Assembly (NCBI RefSeq): GCF_020745735.1
Contig: NC_083424.1
Coordinates: 20,384,999-20,448,998, forward strand
Source: Hemiscyllium ocellatum
Lineage: Eukaryota
Length of the DNA: 64,000 bases
Reading direction: 5' to 3'
Positions within the stretch are counted from its first letter, which is position 1. Every line of letters starts with the position of its first letter. The notes beneath the pieces are model-generated. The model was not told the DNA's origin and did not search any database. It was given only the letters and a program-made list of their open reading frames with translations. The translations under genes and the position numbers were made by a program. This document shows positions 25,001 through 37,000 of the stretch, piece by piece.

Positions 25001-28000
25001 TGGTGAAGATGGACCAAACTTCTCAAACTTTTCAGACAGTTGAAGATACTTCTAAAGAAAGAATCAGAAGATGAATAGTTCCTCAAAGTTAGCACATTCA
25101 AATGTTCCCGATTTGATTCTCTGCTCGATTCTTAATTCGGCTGTTGCAATTGATTTCAATGTTTTAAAGCCAAGGAACTAATACTAAAAGCAGCTGTGAC
25201 TCCTAGTTTTATAAAGACATATTGAAAATTCCATTAGTTAAGGACAGGATGGAACTTCACTGTGATCCCCATTAAGTTCAAGTAACTTACCTGTAATAGG
25301 CAACACACATCGAGAGTAGTGGTTTGGACAATGTATTAGAGAAGCCATTCTTTAATTTGGCAAAAAAACAAAGAACAGTAGATAATGGAGATTTGAAACA
25401 AAAGCAGAAATTGCTGGAGGAACCCATCAGGTTTGGCACCATCTGTGGAAGGAAATCAGAGTTCATATTTTGGATCCAGTGACACTGGTCAATTCTGAAG
25501 AATTGGACCCAGAATCCTGACTCTGTTTTCCCTCCATATGCTCCCAGACCTGTTGAATTTCTTCAGGAATTTACATTTTTGATTATGATTATGCACTTAG
25601 TTCAATGTTTTTCGCTTGTGTTCATATCAAAAAGATAGTTTCCATCAGCATACTGAATTCAGAAAGCAGAGACTGCAGCATTATCTGTGATATAGTACTG
25701 CAGAACAAATACTTGTCTATTTTCCTGTCCACTATGAAAAGCAATAAATAGTATAACATCAGATTGTTAGGTTCAGGGAACCGATTCCTTTGCATTATGT
25801 TGCACAGAATGAGAAAGACATAAATACTTTTACCATCGTTTCAGGGCATGAACCAGTCTGAAGCTGTTGTTTTCCTGTTCAGTAGCTTTGATTTGAGCCC
25901 TTTCTGGATGTTAAATGGAAGATGATTCTAGTGAACATTTCTTCAGCTGCTTGTAGCTCAGGCAGCAAAAGCATTGAACTAAATGACACTGTAAGATTTG
26001 AAAATTAACTTTGCGACCCTTCTTTAATATAAAAGGAGGCCCTGATCGGATATCAGTTGAGGAATTGAGAGTGAGGTGTACAGTCAGTTCTTCTGTAATG
26101 CGATCGTTGTGTTCTTGTGTAACCCGCATTTCGGAAAAATCAAGCTTTAGAAACAGCGCTTTAAGTGTGGGCGATGTAATTGTGTTATATCCAACACATT
26201 TTAAAAGTTTAGAAACAATGTCCCCTTTTCATCAATCGTGTTACAGCACATTTGCATTGAAGAAATGTGCATTATAGCAAAACAACCTGTATATTCTGTT
26301 TTTAAAATTGTTCATTGCCTGTCAGTGCTCTCAATGCATAAGCTAGATCAAAGCTTCCTTGCTGATACGGCCATTTAAAATCTAACGAAATAGCTTGCAA
26401 ACCTGTAAACTTAAATATTAAACAATTGAAGCCACATCTGTTGACTTCTGCTTGAAGGGTTAACTGCCAGATATGAATTGTTGCTTAGATGACCAACACT
26501 TTGATTAATGTTTGGATCTCAGCATATACACAGGTAGGTGTCCTTAATATTACAGAATGTCCTCGAAGAATCAAGGTTAAAGCCTGTTTATCAGAACTTA
26601 GAAATGTTAGAGGTAGCATTACATTACAAGCTGTATTCTGTAAGTTAAATAAACTGGTAGGAAATATACACAGAACAGTTTTCAGGGGAATTACTGAGAG
26701 TTGCAAAATCTATGGAGTAAATACAGTGAGGGACTTATTAATGTGAAGTGAGATAGTAATAGAATAAAGAGCAGAGAGGATAAGAGGTTCTAAAATTTGA
26801 ACAGAATAATTTTCAACATTGTTTCCAGTCCAACAAGGAAAGAAGCCTTGCCGGTTTCTGGTTCTGTGAAATGAAGAAAGACAAAGGATTGTACTGGAGT
26901 ATTTAGAGGACATGACCATAGTATCATAAGGTTCAGGTTCCCAATGGAAAAGGACAACAAACATTCCAGAGTAAAACTAATTAATGGGAGGAGAGCCAGT
27001 TTCATTGTGGTGAGAGCAAATATGACCTAAGTAAATTATAATCAAAGATTGGCAAGCAGAACTATAATTGAACAATGGGCAGCTTTTGAAAAGGAGATTG
27101 TTCAAGTGCAGATGAGGTACTTTCTCAAGAAGAGTAAAAGTACAAAAAACAAATCTAGAGCTCTCTGGGTGGTGAAAGAAATGAATAATAAGATGAAACA
27201 GAAAAGTGTCATTGTTGTGAGACCCATACTACAAGTCAGAACCAGGCTGGATTGAGAAAGATTTAGATTTTATTGTCATGTGTATTCAAGTGCAGGAGTG
27301 CAGTGAAAAGTCTCTAACGTCACCTCACGGCACTGTCTTAGGTACAAAGGTACCTAAGTATGAAAAGTTCAGATACCAAGGAGTAAAATAAACAAAATTT
27401 AAAAGTGTCGCATTACAGATCTTCATAGAATAAAAAGAAAAATAAAGAAATAAGCTAACAGTTAACATTAAAATTCTGAGTTAGTCTGAAAGTTAGGATC
27501 GTAGAATCCCTACAGTATGGAAGTAAGCCATTCGGCCCATCGAGTCCACACCGACCCTCCGAAGAGCATCCCACCCAGGCCCTGTAACTCTACATTTCCC
27601 ATGGCTAGTCCACCTAGCCTGTACATCCCTGGACTTTATCAGTAATGTAGCATGGCCAACCACCTAACTTGCACATTTTTTGGATCGTGGGAGGAAACCA
27701 GTGCACCCGGATGTAACACACGCGGACATGGGCAGAATGTGCAAACTCCACACAGACACAAGGCTGGAATTGAACTGAGGTCCCTGACGCTGTGAGGCAG
27801 CAGTGCTAATCACTGTGCCACTCCAAATTCTGAGAGAAAGCATAAAAAGAAATAAGCACAGCAAAGAGTCTTCTATCGGTATGTAAGTTATAAAAGGGCA
27901 GTAAAAGAAGGATGGATTATGGATCAAAAAAGCAGTTTGGGGTATGGAAGCAGAAATCTGAAATATTATTATATGATTACTTTGCATCCTCTACCAAAGA

Positions 28001-31000
28001 AAAAGATCTGATGAAGATGTAGTGAAAGATGAGAATGTTGAGACACTGGATAAGTTAAAAATCAGTGAATGGTAGTTATTAGGAAGACTAGCCGTATTTA
28101 GAAGTTGATAAGTCATCAGGACTGGTCTCTGTGAACGCAGTCTTTCATTGCATTGAGAGTTGTTTCAAAATTGTTCAACATTAAACCAGAATTATGTCTT
28201 TTGAATATTGTTGAAAAACGAGATGTATGCTTGAAGCTATCCTCAATACCCTTTTACCTGGTTGTATAAATTATTGTTTTTGTTTGAAATTTAACATTCT
28301 TGTATTTGCCCAGATAAGTGCAAGACCAAAAGCTTTGACAACATGCTCACTTTTCAGTAAAATTCAAATTATTTCTCTATTTTACACCTGATTAAAACAG
28401 CTTTCATCGCACAAATATTAAATACCTCCATATGTATATCGATGGCAGGTTGTGCTTAATAACTCTTGTAAAGCACCCTGAAGTGCATCATTACATGAAA
28501 GATATGGTATATAAATATATATTGTTGTGTGTCAGAGAAAGAAGATGTGAGCGGAATGGAAGGAAAATGGCAGTCATTGACAAAAGCTTCAATAAATTGT
28601 GTCTATTTTCTACAATGTACAGTGCTTTGGAAAATGTGGTATTTGGGCTGAGTAAGCATTTCCAATTTCCTACTATTCTTTCTCTGTGCATTCACAGGTT
28701 GATGTGGGAGGTATGGATGCCATGTGTCCGTAATGTTGTATCCCAGTGGCTGCCCCGGAATTGTGCTCCAATGGTGGATTTCTTGGAGAACTGGATGCCT
28801 GCAGTACCTCTCTGGATTTTGGACAATATTCTTGAACAGCTGATTTTTCCCAAGTTGCAGCGTGAGGTAGGAACCTCTTGTTACCGTTAGCAATAAGTGA
28901 GAGAGTCATGCAGGCTGATAGGTTCTGGCAATCAGCAGTACATAAAAGGTTGCATACAGCATCTTAACTTCACAAGGCACCTTTGAATAAGGACTTTTAA
29001 CTTCCAAAGTGCTCATTGAGTTTAGCAAAGAAGAAATTGCAAAAAACAAAGAAGAAGTTGACATCTTGAAAAATGTCCATATTATAGAGGAGGAAATGCT
29101 AAATATCTTGAAACACAAAAAAGTGGATAAATCCCCAGGACCTGATCAGGTGTACCCTAGAACTCTGTGGGAAGAGAGGGAAGTGATTGCTGGGCCCCTT
29201 GCTGAGATATTTGTATCATCGATAGTCACAGGTGAGGTGCTGGAAGACTGGAGATTGGCTAACTATTTAAGAAGCGTGGCAAGGACAAGCCAGGGAACTA
29301 TAGACCAGTCAGCTTGACGGTGGTGGTGGGCAAATTGTTGGAGGGAATCCTGAGGGACAGGATGTACATGCATTTGGAAAGGCAAGGACTGATTGGGGAT
29401 AGTCAACATGGCTTTTTGCGTGGGAAATCATATTTCACAAACTTGATTGAGTTTTTGAAGAAGTAATAAAGAGGATTGATGAGGCAGAGCTGTGGACATG
29501 ATCTTTATGGACTTCAGTAAGATGTTCGACAAGGTTCCCCATGGGAGACTGGTTAGCAAGGTTAGATCTCTCGGAATACAGGGAGAACTGGCCATTTGGA
29601 TACACAACTAGTGTGGAGGGTGTTTTTCAGACTGGGGGCCTGTGACCAGTGAGGTGCCATAAGGGTCAGCGCTAGGTCCACTATTTTTCGTCATTTAAAT
29701 AAATGATTTGGATGTGAGCATAACAGGTAAAGTTAATAAGTTTGCAGATGACACCAAAATCGGAGGTGAAGTGGACAGAAAAGAAGATTACCTCAGATTA
29801 CAATGGGATCTTGATCAGATGGGTCAATGGGTTGAGAAGTGGCAGATGGAGTTTAATTTCGATAAATGTGAGATGCTCCATTTTGGGAAAGCAAATCTTA
29901 GCAGGATTTATACACTTAATGGTAAGGGCCTGGGGAATGTTGCTGAACAGAGAAACTTTGGAGTGCAGGTTCATAGCTTCTCGAAAGTGGAGTCACAGGT
30001 GGATAGGACAGTGAAGAAGACATTTGGTATGCTTTCCTTTATTTGTCAGCATATTGAGTTGAGGTGTTGGGAAGTCATGTTGCAGCTGTGCAGGACACTG
30101 GTTAGGCCACTGTTGGAATATTGCGTGCAACTCCTTCCTATCAGAAAATGTTGTGAAACTTGAAAGGGTTCAGCAAAGATTTACAAGGATGTTGCCAGAG
30201 TTGGAGGATTTGAGCTATAGGGAGAGGTTGAATAGGCTGAGGCTGTTTTTGCTGAAGCATCGGAGGCTGAGGGGTGACCATTTAGAGATTCATGAGGAGC
30301 ACGGACAGGGTAAATAGACAAAGTCTTTTCCCTGGGGTGAGGGAGTCCAGGTCTAGAGGGCATAGGTTTAGGGTGAGAGGGGAAAGATATAAAAGAAATC
30401 TAAGGGGCAACTTTTTCATAGAGGGTGGTACCGTACGGAAGTGGTGGAGGCTGGTACAATTGCAACATTTAAAAGGCATCTGGATGGGTATATGAATAGG
30501 AAAGGTTTGGAGGGATATGGGCCGGGTTCTGGCAGGTCGGACTAGATCGGTTTGGGATATCTGGTCAGCATGGACGAGTTTGACTGAAGAGTGTGTTTCC
30601 ACGCTGTACATCTCTATGACTCTTAAAAATGAAAAGAAAATGAATAGGAATCCAGGTGGAATAGAAAGTAATAGTAAGGGTTGAAACATCCAAATTTTAA
30701 GCAATCAACATATAAATATGAATAATAGAAGGAAAGCAGAACAGATGAGAACAAAGGTAAAACAGGGTAGAAAAAGTCAAGAAGGCTGTCTTGATCCGCA
30801 AGTTGTCAAAGAGATGGCCTTATTTCAATGACCAGCCTTGCCAAGAAACCAATAGAAAAATAGGTATTGTAAGACAACTAACCTCATCACCATTGGAAGA
30901 GCTTTCACACAGTCATCATGAAAAAGAAAAGCTCAAGAATATATGTGATTTCTTCATTAACACAAACTTATTTTTTCAGGTTGAGAACTGGAATCCACTG

Positions 31001-34000
31001 ACGGACACAGTCCCAATCCATGCCTGGATTCACCCCTGGCTTCCATTGATGCAGATGCGCCTGGAGCCTCTGTATTCGCCAATCCGCAACAAGCTTTCCA
31101 ATGCATTGCAGAAATGGCATCCCAGTGACTCATCTGCAAAACTGATCCTATTGCCATGGAAGAATGTGTTCACACCAGGATCCTGGGACGCTTTCATGCT
31201 GAAGAATATTGTTCCAAAGTTAGGTGAGAAAGTACTTAAGCATAATTTATATTGCAACTGAAACAAGTATCTCACTTCTATCAAGTGCTTGGTAGTATAA
31301 AATTCCACAAGAGCCAATCAGCCTTCAGCCCCAAGTTAAGTTTGCTGGTGTTCATATCGGACCCAAGTTGAGTTATAGCAGGTTAATTGATTTAAAGGGA
31401 ACATCACCATCAACTTATTTTCTGTCCTGTCCCTTGAACTGCAATAAAGTACTTACCATTAAATGTAAATAAAACAATAAACTGCAGATGCTGGAGATCT
31501 GAAACAAATGCAGAAATTGCTAGAGAAACCCGACAGGTCTGGCCGCATCTGTGGAGAGAAAAACAAAGGTAATGTTTCATGTCCAGTGACCCGTAATCAT
31601 CAAATGTTGTTAGGGAGAGAACTGAGTGGGAATACAGGTTGATTTTGTTTGCCCCAACTTAGGGATGTGGTGTGGCCAATAATCCCTTAATATCTTTTGT
31701 ATACAAACATATCTCTTTAAATACCTTCTATTAATTTTCAATGATAGCATTTGTTTCAAATTGTCACAATACCTTTTTTTGTAAAGTAGTTATTTTTTGA
31801 TTCACTATTGACTTCTTATTAACATTGTTGATCTTTTGTTTTGAATTCCCTTACCAGAGGAAAGAGTTGTTCCAATATATCAAATTAATTTTCTTCTTAT
31901 TTCAAACATTTTGGTGAGAACAACCCTTAAGTTCCTTAATTCCAGGCAAACCAGTTTAGCCCAGTCTTTCATGATAGTTTAGCATTGATATTATTGTAGT
32001 TAGTAATCACTGGACATTCGCAAAGCCAATATACCCTTTCTAGGATGTGATAACTAAAATTCATGTTAAGTTTAAATGAGGACTGACCATAAAATATCGT
32101 TTTTTTTTAAACAATGCATGGCATGTGTTTAGTCTTTCTTATCACTGGTGCAACTCAAACGGAGTTTCAGTGAGATTATGACTGAGCAAATGCCACTTTT
32201 GCTTTAGGAAACTATCTGCATGTATCTCTCTTAATTTGTCATCACTCGTCAGTTGGCCGAATGGCCTTACTTCCACTCCTATGTCTTATCAGCTTTCCTT
32301 GTAACTATTTGATATTTCAGAAGTGCTTTAGTAAGACTCTACCTTGAATTAATTTAACATTTTTAAAAATTTCTAAACTTTTTAAAAAATATTTCATTCC
32401 TGGGGTGTGTGTGTTATTAGTGAGCTCAGTGTTCATTGCTGGTGCCTAGTTGCCCTGATAATGCCAGGATAGACTATCTTCTAGAATTTTGATTCCACTG
32501 AGTGGTTTGCTCAATGAAGTGAGAGGGCATTTAGTAGTCAAGAGGTAAAGTTAGTAAGTTTGCAGGTGACACCAAATGTAGGACTTGTCACATACAGATG
32601 AAAACAAATATGGGTAGCATATTTGATGGTTTCTGTGAACTAGTTGGGTTTTTGAACAGTCTGACTCCACCATGGTCACTTTTAGTAATACCAACTTTTT
32701 ATGGCTGATCTGTTCTGTATGTGTGTTGTCATTTCAGCTAAATATACAATTTTGCAATTAGTCTTCAATAATCCCTGACAAAAATAAACTACACAAGAAA
32801 ATATAAGATGATTATGAAGATAAGTGCTTCCAATTCAAAATTTGGCACTGAGCAGTTGTAGCTAATTCCTGATGGTGCTATGTTTTAATAGAATTCCTGA
32901 AGAAGGACTCATGCCCGAAACGTCGATTCTCTTGCTCCTTGGATGCTGCCTGACCTGCTGCGCTTTTCCAGCAACACATTTTCAGCTATGTTTTAATATG
33001 TTTGTTTCTGACCATGACAGGGATGTGTTTGACGGAGTTTGTGATTAATCCTCACCAACAACACATGGACACGTTCCATTGGGTGATGGACTGGGAGGAC
33101 ATGATCTCAGCTTCCAGCCTCATAGGATTGCTTGAGAAAAACTTTTTCCCAAAGTGGTTACAGGTGAGTTTTCAAGCCTTAATGATTGAACATCAGTTGA
33201 ATTTCTGCTTACCGCTGGCTCAGTGATTACAAAATTTGGCAGCAAAGTAGTTGTGCTGCACATTGCTGATGATTGAATGAAGGAGGAGGATTGATCTATG
33301 AGAGTAGAAGCATGAAGCTGTTTATGCAATACAAGTACATTGTTATATAATCGTGTAGTTTTGTATTCAACTTTTCTTATAGTACCTAATGCAATTTATC
33401 AATTTTGTGATCTTTATTCTCCTTGGTGTTCCAAATTACCTCTCCTTCCTGTCTAGGTGCTGTGTTCTTGGCTGAGTAATAGTCCCAATTATGAAGAGGT
33501 CACTAAATGGTATTTGGGATGGAAGTCCATGTTTTCTGACCAGGTATTGGCTCACCCCACAATCAAGGAGAAGTTCAATGAAGCTCTGGACATTATGAAC
33601 CGGGCTGTCACCTCCACAGTTGGTAAGTAATTCAGTTTTATTTCTCCTGAATACTCTTTAAAAGATGATGGTTGCAAGAGCATGTATTTGAGAAGGGAAA
33701 GGAAGAGAAATGAAAATGACTGATAAGAAAAAGGAAAAATATGACCAGTGTGTAGCAAAGAGTTCCGGAAAGGAAGAGCAAAGATTTGAAAGGGGTACTG
33801 TAGAATATTCAAAGTCACAGCGATGGAATGTCCAATGCACTTTGTGACAACCAGTTTGTCCTCAGAATGTCCCATAAGCAAGGGTAAGATATATGACCTG
33901 ATAAATCTATGGTTAAACCTTTTAATTCTTTTAAAATGCATCATTAACACTTTTGAAAGCATTGAACCAACTTAAAGTCTCAGATCAAATTTGGAATCTG

Positions 34001-37000
34001 GATTCTGGATTTTCTTCATGAGAAGATGGGATTTTCTGGAGGGATTTCTTACAGTAGCTGAGGAGCTCCCTATAATCGTAAAACCACAGCCCTACTGCCA
34101 CAGGTACAGTGCTATCATAAGGTACAGAAACCACCACTACCTTACCTGCATTATCCCTCCCAGTGCTGTTGAAAACAATTTTCAACATGTTACTTACCCA
34201 CTCCTCAATACAGCAATACGTTGTAGCAGCATCCTGTAACTGGCTCAAAGGTAGAAGACAGAGGGTGGTGGTGGAGGGTTGATTTTCAGACTGGAGGCCT
34301 GTGACCAGTGGAGTGCCTCAAGGATTGGTGCTGGGTCCTCTACTTTTTGTCATTTTTATAAATGATTTGGATGTGAGCATAAGAGGTATAGTTAGTAAGT
34401 TTGCAGGTGACACCAAAATTGGAGGTGTAGTGGGCAGCGAAGAGGGTTACCTCAGATTACAATGGGATCTTGATAAGATGGGTCAATGGGTTGAGAAGTG
34501 GCAGATGGAGTTTAATTTAGATAAATGTGAGATGCTGCATTTTGGAAAGCAAACCTTAGCAGGACTTATACATTTAATGGTAAAGTCCTCAGGAGTGTTG
34601 CTGAAAAAGACTTGGAGTGCAGGTTCATTGCTCCTTGAAAGTGGAATCGCAGGTAGATAGGATAGTGAAGAAGGCGTTTGGTATGCTTTCCTTTATTGGT
34701 CAGAGTATTGAGTACAGGAGGTGGGAGGTCATGTTGCAGCTGTACAGGACATTGGTTAGGCCACTGTTGGAATATTGCGTGCTATTCTGGTCTCCTTCCT
34801 ATCGGAAATATGTTGTGAAACTTGATAGGGTTCAGAAAAGATTTACAAGGATGTTGCCAGCGTTGGAGGATTTGAGCTATAGGGAGAGGTTGAATAGGCT
34901 GAGGCCGTTTTCGCTGGAGCGTCAGAGGCTGAGGGGTGACGTTACTGAGGTTTATAAAATCATGAGGGGCATGGATTGGATAAATAGACAAAGTCTCTTC
35001 CCTAGGGTTGGGGAGTCCAGTACTAGAGGGCACAGGTTCAGGGCGAGACGGGAAAAATACAAAAGAGACCTAAGGGGCAACATTTTCACTTAGAGGTTGA
35101 TACGTGTATGGAATGAGCTGCCAGAAGAAGTGGTGGAGACTGGTACAATGAGAACATATAAAAGGCATCTATGTGGGTATATGAATAGGAAGGGTTTGGA
35201 GAGTTATGGGCTGGGTGCTGACAGGTGCGACTAGACTGGTTTTGGGTTATCTGTTCGGCATGGATGAATTGGACTGAAGGGTCTGTTTCCATGTGGTACA
35301 TCTCTATGATTCTATGTATCCTGGAACGTCTTCCCTTATCATCATTATCTATATCTTTTGTACCTCCTACCAGAAGGGTATAATTTCAGCATGACAAGTT
35401 TATTTGGATATTTCCATTATATACAGATGTTGTAAATGGAAAATGTTAACAGGAATTGTTGCAGGTATAAAATTTTTAATATCGAGATAGAAAGTAAAAA
35501 AAAATCAAGGTATTAATAATGTATACATATTTGGTTAGCTGCTGAGCCAAGCAGACAAGGTTTTATCCTTGCTGTGAGAAGGGTCAGCTGGTCTCAGTGT
35601 TATTTTTAGCTTCAATTACTATGGATTTCCCACAGGGGCTTCTTCTGATCCACTGGTCTCTGCTGTTAGGACGGACAGAAATCTGTGAAGCTTCCAACAA
35701 TGGGATAATAGGCTAATAATTATTGATGCATACAGATGACATTGATTTTCTTGAATTGCTAAGAGTCTATAACTAGTGCAGTTGTTCCAGCAAGAGTGAA
35801 ATAAATTTAATTCTAACCACCTTTTCACCACATTGCTCAGTCCTTCTGCTTGTAGAACCATTTCTGTTGAACTGATGGAAGATTACATTCTTGAGCCCTG
35901 CAGGTTTAAACTCTTTTATCCAACAGAAATGAGAAAATCACCTGAATGATCAGTTCAGTATTGATTTTAGATCCTTCAAGGTTCACTGACCAAGTAACAC
36001 TTTTCTGCGGACCAGATTATCCTTTTGCTAGATTTCTTGTCACATTATAAGGAACTTACTGACCTTTGATGCTCTTAGTACAAATCATCCAATGGTGATT
36101 TGTATAAACTATGGGATAAAAGCTGCCGCTTTCAAAGGTCTACTGTAGTGTTTACAGATACTGCATGTTCAGCACCTTTTACCTTTCAGTGGCCAATTCC
36201 ACTTCAGCCTCAAATCTGTTTTGACAAATTACCTTACTTAATTATTGAAACATAGTGTTTCACGAAGACTTAAGACGACTGTACAATTGGACATATTACT
36301 GCCTTTCCCTGATTTAAAGGATAGCCTGGAGATTTCAACAGTCCTATTTTGTTTGTAAATGTCTCTTGGCCTTGCAAAGTATGCTAGTGAAATTTGGTTA
36401 ATTTCTGAGCTCAGTCAAGCTTGGCATGGAAAGGGTGGATGCAAGAAAATTGTTTCCGTTAGGCAAGGAGACTAGGACCCGTGGACACAGCCTTAGAATT
36501 AGAGGGGCTAAATTCAGAACAAAAATGCAGAGACACTTCTTCAGCCAGAGAGTGGTGCACCTGTGGAATTCATTGCTGCGGAGTGCAGTGGAGGCCGGGA
36601 CGCTAAATGTCTTCAAGGCAGAGATTGATAAATTCTTGATGTCACAAGGAATTAAGGGCTACGGGAGAATGCGGGTAAGTGGAGTTGAAATGCCCGTCAG
36701 CCATGATTGAATGGTGGAGAGGACTCGATGGGCCGAATGGCCTTACTTCCACTCCTATGTCTTATGGTCTTAAGCGATATCAAATCTGTATTCTTGCACT
36801 GTTCATTTTAATGTAATTCCCAGTTACTTATTCCAAACGCTGAGCTGGGAATTTATGTTGCAGACGTTTCGTCCCCTCTAGGTGACATCCTCAGTGCTTG
36901 AGACCCTCCTGTGAAGCGCTTCTGTGATCTTTCCTCCGGCATTTGTATTGGTTTGAATCTGTCGCTTCCGGTTGTCAGTTCCTGCTGTCCCTTGCAGTGG

